Shown here piece after piece: positions 38,888-48,970 of a stretch of DNA of 64,000 nucleotides (its first letter is position 1; each line of letters begins with the position of its first letter). The stretch comes from Bacillota bacterium (GTDB taxonomy: Bacteria; Bacillota; Clostridia; Acetivibrionales; DUMC01), in the NCBI GenBank assembly GCA_013314855.1, contig JABUEW010000001.1, positions 24,377 to 88,376 on the forward strand. Reading direction: 5' to 3'. Below the pieces are notes generated by a model that worked only from the letters and a program-made list of their open reading frames with translations, was not told the DNA's origin and did not search any database. Position numbers and translations under genes: made by a program.

Positions 38888-39928
38888 CTATTGGAATATC
38901 TCTTCACAATTCACCTCTTTAATGGTGTAGTCAGGGTATCCGGAAAAATAGATAAACCTTTTTTCTACAGGCAGAAACATAACACCATAATCAGTATATA
39001 ATCCATCCTCCCCCTGCTGTCTTATAGCTCCCTTAGAGCTTCTGTCATTGAGAAACATCATCATACCTTCCTCAGTTTTTGGTATAGAGCTAATCAAGGA
39101 TAGAGCATTCTTATACCTTTTTATTCCATTTGACAATATAGGTTCCTTTTGGGCTGGATTTTTAGCAGCCAGTTCCGAATCCAGTATGTGATTTGTATGA
39201 ATTAGAAAGCCTCTATCTATCGGCATTATTTCTGCCATACCATTTCCTGTTTTTTCTATTAACGCCATCTCACCCTTTGCATCACCCAAAATAAGGCTGA
39301 AACCATAATAGCTCAAATTGATACTCTTTAAGTATGACACTGCTTCTTTAACTGTTTTACATCGTGGAAGTATTGTATGAAGGGCATCAAGAGACATAAA
39401 CCCATCTTCCCCCGTTTCAACCCCAGGTATACCGGTCATGCCCATCGCCAGGCCGCACTCATTCATTCCCGCAGTAGTCCATATGCTGCCTGCAAAATGG
39501 AAATGTATATGTTTATATCCCCTGTCAGGGTGTGTAATCTCTAAAATATTTACTCCTAGCTCTTCTTTGTGGATATCATCGGTCTTGCCTAATACAGGCC
39601 TGTTTTCCCGGGTATAAAATCCAATGGAGGTGCAATTTTGAAATTTAGAAAGAAGGCGCCAGGAAAGTATAGCCTTAAAATAGTCATTTTCCGGGATGTT
39701 AAGCCCTGAAGCTATTCCACAGCATTCTTCATACCCTTCCGGATAGACTCTTTGGAAAGCATTTTTACAGCTATTTAGTATATCTTCCAGCCTTTTTACT
39801 TCATATGCCTCTTCAAGTTCCTGGATTTTTGGGGAAATCCATTTCATAGCAATTGCTTTACAAGATTCTCCTTGCTGTCTTCCACGCTCAAAAGGGGAGC
39901 CTTTAGTTTTAATTTGAAGCAATGTCAT
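38888..39928 (-). CDS. Peptidase C45 / acyl-CoA:6-APA acyltransferase-like Ntn hydrolase
   Basis: 346 aa. Has an N-terminal KGSPFERGRQQGE and a candidate nucleophile in FQNCTSIGFY. Confidence 0.6.
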   Translation of the reverse strand: MTLLQIKTKGSPFERGRQQGESCKAIAMKWISPKIQELEEAYEVKRLEDILNSCKNAFQRVYPEGYEECCGIASGLNIPENDYFKAILSWRLLSKFQNCTSIGFYTRENRPVLGKTDDIHKEELGVNILEITHPDRGYKHIHFHFAGSIWTTAGMNECGLAMGMTGIPGVETGEDGFMSLDALHTILPRCKTVKEAVSYLKSINLSYYGFSLILGDAKGEMALIEKTGNGMAEIMPIDRGFLIHTNHILDSELAAKNPAQKEPILSNGIKRYKNALSLISSIPKTEEGMMMFLNDRSSKGAIRQQGEDGLYTDYGVMFLPVEKRFIYFSGYPDYTIKEVNCEEIFQ

Positions 39929-40014
39929 ACACTCCTTTTTGAAATTTTCTTTTTTAATACTCCTTAAAAATTATAACATACATATACCAATTTGTAAACT
40001 ATGGTTTTGCAAAC

Positions 40015-40259
40015 GGGCGCATTTTCAAATTTTGAAGAAAATGCTGGAAGTAACATTGCGGAAAGTCTTATAGAGCCTGTTAATCCGACGAGGGATAAGC
40101 AAATCAACTGTATGAGCAAAATAATTACATTAAAATATTATTAAATTCTATTCAAATTATTTTGCGAGTTTGATTTGCCCCGAAGTGAATTTACAGGCTC
40201 TTAAGACTTGGAGCATTTAGTTACTGGAAGCATTTTCTTCATAAAAATAAAATGCACTC
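40015..40259. mobile_element. MITE-like palindromic element, copy A
   Basis: About 243 bp. The two arms are roughly 75% self-complementary. The termini are GGGCGCATTTT... and ...AAAATGCACTC. The element is flanked by a perfect 9-bp direct repeat TTTGCAAAC (40006..40014 and 40260..40268). Confidence 0.8.
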
Positions 40260-40287
40260 TTTGCAAACTTAACAACGCCTGCACTAA

Positions 40288-41520
40288 TCAGCACCTTATT
40301 CTAATAAAGTGTGCCCTGGACTTAACAAAGGGATCCATATATTCTCCACATCTCTCTGTAAAAGAACCAAGTATCAGTCCATCTCTTGATACTTCTCTGC
40401 AACCTCCTGTAGCATAAATAGAATATGGATCATCAACAAGCTCCTCACTTAACGCATAATCCTCCCAGGTCAATCCGTTATCATAACTGACAATACAGCC
40501 AATTCTTTTTCTCTGTTTTGCCACATAGTATAAAGCCTCCTTACCCGGTCGCCTGTCTACGGCAAAAAATCCGTCAAATCCTGCAAGTCTGACTTTATTG
40601 CCACCAAGTTCATGTGCCAATATTTCATGGTCTTTCTTCCCTCTTGCAATATCATACCTTATATAATGCTGTTTCCCATTATAAAAATCATCTTTTGGTA
40701 GTTTAAAATCCGGATGTGGACTCGCCCTGTACATGAAATGCAACTTGCCATTAACTGCAATAAAGTTGGAAAGCCAGGTATTTAAATCAAATTCTTCATC
40801 CAAAGTGATTCTATCACCACCGCCATCTGTATCACTTAAAACCGGAAGCCTTATTTCCGTGCCATCCATGCGCTTCCATGTATAGCCTCCGTCTTCGGAT
40901 TTCATATAGTATATGCTTAAATAATGGAATGTCTTATGCATATTTGTGGTCCAGGCTACGTGCAATACACCGTTTTCATCCATAACCATATGCGGATACT
41001 CAAAGGAAGCTGTTTTACCAATCTCAACTATTTTTGCAGAGTATTTAATATTCCCCTCCACATCGATAGCATGGAAATCGCCGTTGTTAGGTATATAATA
41101 TAACATCCTTCTTTTTTTATCGTAAGCCATGGCAAATTTCCCACCTGCAGTATTCGGAATGGTTATGCAAAAAGGGTTTTTATACTTTTCTGATGCTTTA
41201 AAAATCATAAAACACGAGTTCCATTTCACAAAGTCGGGATATACAAGATACAGGTTATTTTCTTCATCTGTTTCTAATGGAGCAGGGTTTGTGGGATCTA
41301 TACTATCATAAATAACATGGAAAGTGTCTCCCTGGTCAGTGCTTCTTAGAAGTCTCCAATTCTGTGCTGTATACTTTTCATTTCTTGACCTTATATAAGT
41401 AAGAAATATACCGTTTTCATTACTAACAATTTTTTGATTATGGCTCTGAAATGTAGCAAAAGCTGTAGCTTCCTGGTCGAAGCATATTACATCAATTTTT
41501 TTCAATTCACATTTAGACAT
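40288..41520 (-). CDS. BNR/Asp-box repeat protein (sialidase-superfamily beta-propeller)
   Basis: 410 aa with Asp-boxes STDQGDTF, SEDGGYTW and SYDNGLTW. Confidence 0.7.
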   Translation of the reverse strand: MSKCELKKIDVICFDQEATAFATFQSHNQKIVSNENGIFLTYIRSRNEKYTAQNWRLLRSTDQGDTFHVIYDSIDPTNPAPLETDEENNLYLVYPDFVKWNSCFMIFKASEKYKNPFCITIPNTAGGKFAMAYDKKRRMLYYIPNNGDFHAIDVEGNIKYSAKIVEIGKTASFEYPHMVMDENGVLHVAWTTNMHKTFHYLSIYYMKSEDGGYTWKRMDGTEIRLPVLSDTDGGGDRITLDEEFDLNTWLSNFIAVNGKLHFMYRASPHPDFKLPKDDFYNGKQHYIRYDIARGKKDHEILAHELGGNKVRLAGFDGFFAVDRRPGKEALYYVAKQRKRIGCIVSYDNGLTWEDYALSEELVDDPYSIYATGGCREVSRDGLILGSFTERCGEYMDPFVKSRAHFIRIRC

Positions 41521-41624
41521 AAATTATATCCCCTTTTTATTTCAACATCTATCTTACGCTTCATATTATATATTTAAACAGTTCATTTATATATAAAATT
41601 TCTTAACAGGGTTAACTAATTTCC

Positions 41625-42440
41625 CTATATCTCTTGACTTTTTATAGCTTTAATAAAATCATCAACATCATAAACAAAGCCAAAACCTACGGCTATTGTC
41701 CATAAGGCAAGTTCTTTGCCTAAACCTAACCTTGCAGTTTCCTTATTTTCTACCGCAGTGACCGCCTCACGTATAGTTGAGCACATTATTCCATGTCGAT
41801 ACAGGTGCATAAACCCACCGCTCGAAAACTGGATACACCAGTTTATATTGTAGCCTATATAGATTAGATGATTGATGCCATAATGTTTACACAGCTTAAA
41901 AAGCTGTTTTTCATCCAGAACAACTTCTTCATCGCCTTGGGGTTTTTCTTCTTCAGGAAATGCCGATATTTCAGCCATAACCTTATATGATTCAAGGTTG
42001 TGTTTACCGGGGAAGCCATAATCCCTTTTAAATTCCCTTAAACGCTGCAATACCGGATCTTGTTCCACCTGCTCAAAACCGGTGCTTTCGCCTACCAAAT
42101 CTAAAACCTTTTTGTACCCTGCATAATCTTTACAGTACGAACTTCCCGCAGCAACATGGAAGAGTTTCATCCCCGATTCTCTTATTGCTTGTAATAACCC
42201 GGGCATTATATTTTTTCCAACATTATACGCCCTCGGTATATATTCGCATGCCCTGAACACTCCTGGAACCTGTTCCATTGTGCCGTAATTTATTGCATGC
42301 ATAAGCACGACTGCAGTTTTATCCAGGTTTAGCTCCAGGGTCTCTTTTCTCCAGCCGCCATAACCTTCACCAGGTACTTCAAGGGAATAGTCTGCATCAA
42401 ACTGCTGATAATAATATGTTGGAAGTTTTATAATTTTCAT
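41625..42440 (-). CDS. Isochorismatase-like cysteine hydrolase (tentative)
   Basis: 271 aa. KTAVVLMHAINYG and LIYIGYNINWCIQFSSGG resemble the isochorismatase-family strand and Cys motifs. Confidence 0.35.
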   Translation of the reverse strand: MKIIKLPTYYYQQFDADYSLEVPGEGYGGWRKETLELNLDKTAVVLMHAINYGTMEQVPGVFRACEYIPRAYNVGKNIMPGLLQAIRESGMKLFHVAAGSSYCKDYAGYKKVLDLVGESTGFEQVEQDPVLQRLREFKRDYGFPGKHNLESYKVMAEISAFPEEEKPQGDEEVVLDEKQLFKLCKHYGINHLIYIGYNINWCIQFSSGGFMHLYRHGIMCSTIREAVTAVENKETARLGLGKELALWTIAVGFGFVYDVDDFIKAIKSQEI

Positions 42441-42624
42441 GAGTCAAATTCCTCCTCTTTTCTTAAAGTCCTTTAATCAATATTAAGGCTGCCCTGTAAA
42501 TTATTTTCTATTTTAGAGCAGCCCTTAAAGCGTTAACCTAAGCGTCAAGAAATATTTCACCTATATAGGCTGGAGCTTAAATTAACGCAAATGATATTGT
42601 TGCGTAGCAAATTTGCTTCGCAAA

Positions 42625-44193
42625 TTACTTTTTAGACCTTTCATGTTGTGCTTTTACAATGTCCATAATCTTTTCAATACCCATTTCCCGCAGTTTTTTA
42701 CCAAATTGTTCATAATTTTCAAGGGGTTCGTCACCAATTATGAATTTAATCTTCATTTCTTGGAGGTAGGTATCAAGGTCTTTACTTACTTGGCTAACTA
42801 TCCTGTCTTCTTCCTGTGTACGCCTTACATACATCCATGACTGTAATGGTTCTAAATAATTCATTATTTTGTCAATTTCAACCCTGTCATCAGCTAATCG
42901 GTACTTATTTGCTACTTTCATACTTTGCCTGTTGGATATATTAAGCCAGCAGCCTATAGACCATAAAGTATCTTGCGGACTCAACCCGTCAGGATTTTTT
43001 AGTACAAAATCTGTGTACTTGTATTCATTACCTTCAATTTTATACGATAGGTTTTCAATGCCGTAATTGATTAAGTTGAAGCCTTCTTCACTTGCCCATA
43101 CAAAATCAAAGAACTTCATGGCCACTTCCGGTTTTTTGCAGAATTTTGTTATTTTAGCTGCTCCGGTCTGGTAATTAAACTGTTTGTAGAATTTTTGCCT
43201 TCCATAGGGTCCTTCCAGTATTGCTATTGTATATTCCGCATTTGGATCAGAAGCCTTAACCTGGCTGTACAACCAGCTTTTGCTCCATGGATACCAGGTT
43301 ATACCTCCTACTTGATTATTGCTTAGACGTGCTACTAAATTATCATAAGACATATTGATAATTTCCCTGTCAAACACATTTTCCTTCCACATCTTATTGG
43401 CAAACTGCAGATAAAGCTTCCCTCTTTCCTCTAAATAGTCATACTCTACTTCACCATTATCATTTATACTATAGAAGCCCTGAGACATATGCATATGCCA
43501 AATATTTGACAAAAATTCAAAATAATTACTGCTGCAAGCATATACCTCATCTTTCTTGCCATTACCGTTTGCATCCTTTTCCTGGAAAGTCTTTAGAGCT
43601 GCCAGGTATTCTTCAGGAGTTTTCGGCACAGGAATATTCAATTTGTTAAGCCAGTCTTTTCTTATCCAGTTTGCCTCAAGAGAAGGAAAATCATCCAAAA
43701 CATATGGAAACTCATACATCTTGCCGTCCTCAAAGGTCATAAACTTCTTAAGCTCGGGTCTTTCCTTCAGAAGCTTAACAATATTGGGAGTATTATCACC
43801 TATAAGGTGGTCAAAGCTTATTACCAGCCCCCTGTCTATAAGGTCAACAAGATTTCCTCCCATGATTATATCCTCGAGTTGTTGCCCTGCCGCATATTTA
43901 GTGTTAGCTACAGTATGAAATTCAGACGCTGGGAGGACAACCCATTTAATTTTGATATTAAGCCTTTTTTCGATTTCATCTATTACAGGTAGTTCTCCTG
44001 AAGCATAGCTTTTTGGCGTATACCAGTTATCCCATGTAAAAATGCTTAATTCCTCCGGTGGAGTCTTGGTATCTCCTCCTTTATCAACAGCTGTTTTATC
44101 CCCAGCTTTTTCCCCATCCTTCTTGGAACATCCTGTAAATGATAGGGAAAGAATCATAACAAGACATAGTAGAATAACTAAAAGTTTTTTCAT
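42625..44193 (-). CDS. Extracellular solute-binding lipoprotein (ABC importer 2)
   Basis: 522 aa. MKKLLVILLCLVMILSLSFTGCS is a signal peptide with lipobox. Confidence 0.85.
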   Translation of the reverse strand: MKKLLVILLCLVMILSLSFTGCSKKDGEKAGDKTAVDKGGDTKTPPEELSIFTWDNWYTPKSYASGELPVIDEIEKRLNIKIKWVVLPASEFHTVANTKYAAGQQLEDIIMGGNLVDLIDRGLVISFDHLIGDNTPNIVKLLKERPELKKFMTFEDGKMYEFPYVLDDFPSLEANWIRKDWLNKLNIPVPKTPEEYLAALKTFQEKDANGNGKKDEVYACSSNYFEFLSNIWHMHMSQGFYSINDNGEVEYDYLEERGKLYLQFANKMWKENVFDREIINMSYDNLVARLSNNQVGGITWYPWSKSWLYSQVKASDPNAEYTIAILEGPYGRQKFYKQFNYQTGAAKITKFCKKPEVAMKFFDFVWASEEGFNLINYGIENLSYKIEGNEYKYTDFVLKNPDGLSPQDTLWSIGCWLNISNRQSMKVANKYRLADDRVEIDKIMNYLEPLQSWMYVRRTQEEDRIVSQVSKDLDTYLQEMKIKFIIGDEPLENYEQFGKKLREMGIEKIMDIVKAQHERSKK

Positions 44194-44331
44194 GATTTTT
44201 TCATCCTCCTTAAGATTAATAAATTTTAAATTTACGGTTAAATTATCTTGTTACAATTGCTGTGTTCTTTTCACCCCCTTTCAGTTCATATGTACTATTC
44301 CCCCTTTCAGCGATAGCCAAATTATTAATTT

Positions 44332-45204
44332 TTACCCCTTGATTGAACCTATCATAACCCCTTTTACAAAATATTTCTGAAGAAAAGGGTACACACAAAT
44401 GATAGGTAATATTGTAATAATTATTGAAGAATACTTGAGTTGTATACCATACGCTGCCCTTTCGTAACTTGAACCGGGTAAATCTCTTTGTACTTCAGCT
44501 GAAACCTCAATAAGTATACGTCTTAAGTAAATTTGTAATGGATGCTTACTCGCATCTGAAATAAATATCATAGCAGAGAAAAAGCTATTCCAGTGTCCAA
44601 CCGCATGAAAAAGTATTAACACAGCCAGTATAGCTTTAGATAGTGGAAGGTATATGCTTGTTAGTATTTTTAAATCACCTGCCCCATCAATTATTGCCGA
44701 TTCCTCAAGGCTATCTGGTATTGACTGGAAAAATGTCCTAGTAATTATAATATACCATGCGCTTACAGCTCCCGGTATAACTATTGCCCATCTTGTGTTA
44801 TACATCCCAAGCGTTGAAACTAATATATATAGAGGTATTAAACCTCCTCCAAAAAACATTGTAAAGGATATCATTATCATGAAGAAGTTCCTATGTATGA
44901 ACCGCTTTTTAGACAAAGGATATGCTGCAATAACAGTCATTATAACATTTATAGTTGTTCCAACAACTGTATACCAAATTGTATTATAATATGACTGCCA
45001 AAACATCTTATTTCTAAATACAATTTTAAATGATTCCAACGAAAATCCCTTGGGTAAAAGTAATATATTTTGCTTCATTACTTCTTCTACTGAACTTATC
45101 GACATACTAAAAACATATATAAACGGATACAAAGTTATAAAAGCAGCAAAGCTTAGTAAAATATAAATAATTACTTCAATAGCTTTATCAGATAACTTTT
45201 TCAT
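44332..45204 (-). CDS. ABC sugar-importer permease (LplC-like)
   Basis: 290 aa. Has ESAIIDGAGDLKILTSIYLPLSK and a C-terminus KYFVKGVMIGSIKG. Confidence 0.85.
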   Translation of the reverse strand: MKKLSDKAIEVIIYILLSFAAFITLYPFIYVFSMSISSVEEVMKQNILLLPKGFSLESFKIVFRNKMFWQSYYNTIWYTVVGTTINVIMTVIAAYPLSKKRFIHRNFFMIMISFTMFFGGGLIPLYILVSTLGMYNTRWAIVIPGAVSAWYIIITRTFFQSIPDSLEESAIIDGAGDLKILTSIYLPLSKAILAVLILFHAVGHWNSFFSAMIFISDASKHPLQIYLRRILIEVSAEVQRDLPGSSYERAAYGIQLKYSSIIITILPIICVYPFLQKYFVKGVMIGSIKG

Positions 45205-45219
45205 TCTCCTCCTCCATTC

Positions 45220-46188
45220 TTACCATAGAGATATTTCGCTTACCTTTTTACTTATTTTGTTTACTGTTATTAAAAGTATAAAATTCACTACAGAGTTAAA
45301 TAAGCCTACTGCACTGGCAAAGCTGAACTGTGCATTAATAATACCTGCCCTGTAAACATATGTTTGAATAACGTCTGCAACCTCATAAGTTGAAGGGTTA
45401 TACATCAATATTATTTTTTCAAAGCCAACATTCATCATTTGTCCCAGAGATAAGATCAACAGTATAACTATTGTGGGTAATATTGAAGGTATAGATATGT
45501 TTACAATTTTTCGAAATCTTCCGGCCCCATCTATTTCTGCAGCCTCATATAAATTTGGATCTATTCCGGATAATGCCGCTATATATATTATTGAACTAAA
45601 ACCAAAACCTTGCCAAATTCCCGATGCCACGTATATTGTACGGAACCACTTCTTATTCATCATGAAATGGATAGGCTCATACCCTAATTTCTCTAATAAT
45701 ATATTAATAATCCCGCCACTTGGAGATAGAAAATTAACTATCATACCAACTACTATAACAGTAGAAATAAAATATGGAAGATAGCTCGCGGTTTGAACAA
45801 ATCTTTTGAAAAAACCATTTCCGACTTCATTAAGTAATAGTGCAAATATTATGGGTACCGGAAAGCCCCAAATAAGGCTGTAAAAACTAAGCAGAAACGT
45901 ATTTCTTAATAAACGGAAAAAATACACGGATGAAAAAAATTCCTTAAACCACCTAAACCCTACCCAATTTTGAGTTAAAAAATCGTATAAATTTGAAAAA
46001 CCTTTAAAGTCTTTAAAAGCAATTAATATTCCTATCATAGGTAAATAATGAAATATCACATAATATATAATAACAGGTAAAAATATTATAAGCAATTGCT
46101 TGTTTTTCCCAAGTCTTTTAAAATAAGTATCTTTTTGTGTTGCATTAAATTCTTGTACAGATTTTCTTAATGCTATTCTATTTTGCAT
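45220..46188 (-). CDS. ABC sugar-importer permease (LplB-like)
   Basis: 322 aa with EAAEIDGAGRFRKIVNISIPSI. Confidence 0.85.
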   Translation of the reverse strand: MQNRIALRKSVQEFNATQKDTYFKRLGKNKQLLIIFLPVIIYYVIFHYLPMIGILIAFKDFKGFSNLYDFLTQNWVGFRWFKEFFSSVYFFRLLRNTFLLSFYSLIWGFPVPIIFALLLNEVGNGFFKRFVQTASYLPYFISTVIVVGMIVNFLSPSGGIINILLEKLGYEPIHFMMNKKWFRTIYVASGIWQGFGFSSIIYIAALSGIDPNLYEAAEIDGAGRFRKIVNISIPSILPTIVILLILSLGQMMNVGFEKIILMYNPSTYEVADVIQTYVYRAGIINAQFSFASAVGLFNSVVNFILLITVNKISKKVSEISLW

Positions 46189-46361
46189 AATGATGCATCC
46201 TCATCCTTTCCTGTTATCTGGGCAAAAAGAACCCTCCTACGGCTAATGAAAGGCTAATCATACCTATATACCTATTATTAATTCACATCTCAATCATAAT
46301 CATAATATCTTATGGGAAAAATGTAAACATACTATTAATTTTCGGCATACATTTTTTTACT

Positions 46362-48752
46362 TCAGGCCTGTAGTCTCGTTTTTAAGCAGTTGTTCTCCCT
46401 ATATTGAACTGGTGTTTTAAGCTCATACTTTTTAAACACCCTTCTAAATGTAACATCATTTATAAATCCAACTTCTAAAGCTATGTCTTTAATAGTCAGG
46501 TTTTCAACGGCTAATAGCTGTTTTGCCTTTTCTATTCTTTTCTTGTTAAGGTATTCTGAAAAATAAAGGCCTGTATTTTCTCTAAAAAATCTACTCAAAT
46601 AAGAATTTGAAAGGCCAAATTTTGAAGCACAAAGATTTAGGGAAAAATTACTATCAAAACATTTCTTATCTATCTCATCCAGTATGTCTTTAATAAGTGA
46701 TTGTGCAAAACTCTCATTCTTGCTCTTTATTTCTTCACAAATCCCTCTGTACATTTTTTTAATATAATCCATCATTTCTCCAAACGTATTCAACAGCAAA
46801 AGATCCTGCGAAACTATACTGTTGTCCAGGTTAGACAGGTTTAATTCCTGCAAAGCCTTTAAAGCAGTTGCTTGAAGATCATAGAACAAGAATCTCGCAA
46901 TTGCCAAATCCGGATTTTGTTTTTTAAGGTTCTCTTCTATTATACTGTCAAGAATTTCTTCTATTTTATCAAAAGCAGCAGACTTTAAACCTTCTATCAA
47001 AGCAAGCTCCTTATCAAGGGGATAGTAATAATGCAAGTTAGTTTCCCTATTACATATTTCATTATAAGCAATAACACTGCTTTTACCTTTTATAAGTTTG
47101 AAGTTCAAAGCTTTTTGGGCTTCTTCGTATGATTGATTTATCCCTTTAAAAATATTATAAGTGTTTCCTATACCTACAGTAATTACAATATCATACTTGT
47201 CTTCTATTTCTTCCTTGATTTTTCTCAATATCTGGTTTATATTGGGCTGCTTAACTACAAAATCAGAATCTAGCAAAGCAGACGAGTTGTTAATATTCAT
47301 AAGTACTGCTATTCTATAACGTTCCATCTCAACAACATAACTTGTGCATTTCAGGGTAATTAAAACACTTTCCAGCATCTCTTTTATAATCAGAATAATT
47401 TCAGGCATAACACAGTAGTCCTTTTCATTATTTGCTTTATTATAATTCTCCTTTTTATAATACTCTATTTCAAAAATAGAAACTTTATAATAACTGTACG
47501 GTAGAGATATTCCATACTTCAAAAAAATATCTTTCTGGTCTGTGTTGTATTCTACATTTCCCTTCAGTAAATTTATAATAAGATTATTTTTTTGAATATA
47601 GTTATACTTTTGCATTTCAAGCTGCATCAAATTTTTCTCATTTCTCAACTTTTTAATACAATTCTCAATAACTTCAAACTCCGATCTACATTCGTGTTTC
47701 GAATAACTATAATCGTCGTCTTTTAATATTGTAAATATAATTTTTCTTAGTGGGTCAAGAGATTTTCTTGTAACAAGTAGTACCATAATTAATGCAAACA
47801 CTATAGCTGAAATAAATACAGCAGTAAATATTTCCTTGAAGTACCCTGCTTTTTGCGTTATTAAGCTCAATGGTACTACAGCAACATATTCCAACTCATT
47901 TATATCCGATGGTATATGATATATTATATAATCCAGCCCTTCTATTTTATCCCTGAAAACATTAGTACTTCCCGTATATAAGTAACAATTGCTATTACCC
48001 TTAAAGTAAGGCAAATTCCCATGAGATACAACAATTTCATTCTTTTTGTTTAAAATATATATATTAAAATCACCTTTTGAATTAAAACTATTTAATAACT
48101 CAATTATACTGTTTGTTTTGGTAAGAATAATTAATGATGCAGCATAACACTTATTATACTTATACGAAGATGCAATACCCTGGATATATGCCATAGAATC
48201 GTACCTGCGTCCAAGATACGTAACTTTAAGATTCGAAATTATTTGAGAATCTTTATCGTTTTTTTGTAAAACATCTAAATTAAGCATATCCTTGTTTTCA
48301 ATTTCAAATATATTATTAAAAAAGTATTCTGCTTCTTCTTTTCCGGTAGGAGTAAGAATTAAACTCTCATTGTCCAAATACACAAATATTTCATCTATAA
48401 AACTGTTCACACTTTTAAAGGAAGCCAGTTCTTCAAACATAGTCAGAAAGTCTATCATACTAATTCTGCTGTAATCTATGCCTTCTCTCATATGTATTAC
48501 TTTATTAAAAAGCCTGTTTCCGCTCAATTGCATATTTAGCTTGTTAAACTCTTCAAATCTATTATCGATACTATTCTTAATACTGTTGATCAAGGTTAAA
48601 TGAAACTTTTCAGCTTCTTCTTCAATAATTCGGACTGCTGTATAATATATCATTAAACCTATTATGGAGATTGTTATTATGGACAAAGTAAAGTACGCGG
48701 TAAACTGTTTTATGAATGTTTTTTGTCCATACAGCTTTTTATAAAGCATCAT
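46362..48752 (-). CDS. Membrane-anchored AraC-family one-component sensor/regulator 2
   Basis: 796 aa with two TM segments. The C-terminal region reads LCASKFGLSNSYLSRFFRENTGLYFSEYLNKKRIEKAKQLL...FINDVTFRRVFKK. Confidence 0.85.
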   Translation of the reverse strand: MMLYKKLYGQKTFIKQFTAYFTLSIITISIIGLMIYYTAVRIIEEEAEKFHLTLINSIKNSIDNRFEEFNKLNMQLSGNRLFNKVIHMREGIDYSRISMIDFLTMFEELASFKSVNSFIDEIFVYLDNESLILTPTGKEEAEYFFNNIFEIENKDMLNLDVLQKNDKDSQIISNLKVTYLGRRYDSMAYIQGIASSYKYNKCYAASLIILTKTNSIIELLNSFNSKGDFNIYILNKKNEIVVSHGNLPYFKGNSNCYLYTGSTNVFRDKIEGLDYIIYHIPSDINELEYVAVVPLSLITQKAGYFKEIFTAVFISAIVFALIMVLLVTRKSLDPLRKIIFTILKDDDYSYSKHECRSEFEVIENCIKKLRNEKNLMQLEMQKYNYIQKNNLIINLLKGNVEYNTDQKDIFLKYGISLPYSYYKVSIFEIEYYKKENYNKANNEKDYCVMPEIILIIKEMLESVLITLKCTSYVVEMERYRIAVLMNINNSSALLDSDFVVKQPNINQILRKIKEEIEDKYDIVITVGIGNTYNIFKGINQSYEEAQKALNFKLIKGKSSVIAYNEICNRETNLHYYYPLDKELALIEGLKSAAFDKIEEILDSIIEENLKKQNPDLAIARFLFYDLQATALKALQELNLSNLDNSIVSQDLLLLNTFGEMMDYIKKMYRGICEEIKSKNESFAQSLIKDILDEIDKKCFDSNFSLNLCASKFGLSNSYLSRFFRENTGLYFSEYLNKKRIEKAKQLLAVENLTIKDIALEVGFINDVTFRRVFKKYELKTPVQYRENNCLKTRLQA

Positions 48753-48970
48753 AAATACCCCCTGAACACCCCTCTGGTCCCCACTTCCAAAAACAAATAA
48801 AACACATTAGTACGTTATTAACATATCTAATATCAAATTTTTTAAAAACTATTAGCTATACTACTTTTTATCACCTTACTTTTATAATAATATGTTAGTT
48901 TCTATCTGTAAACATATAAAAATTTCCAACATACAATATTTTTATTAAGGCCTATTTAACTGTTCCTTTC

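Noticed and set aside
42481-42535. Hairpin after the second SBP gene as an intrinsic terminator
   Set aside because: The stem AAGG(G)CUGC / GCAGCCUU is only 8 bp with a bulge, the loop is about 25 nt, and there is no U-tract after it. That is too weak to call.
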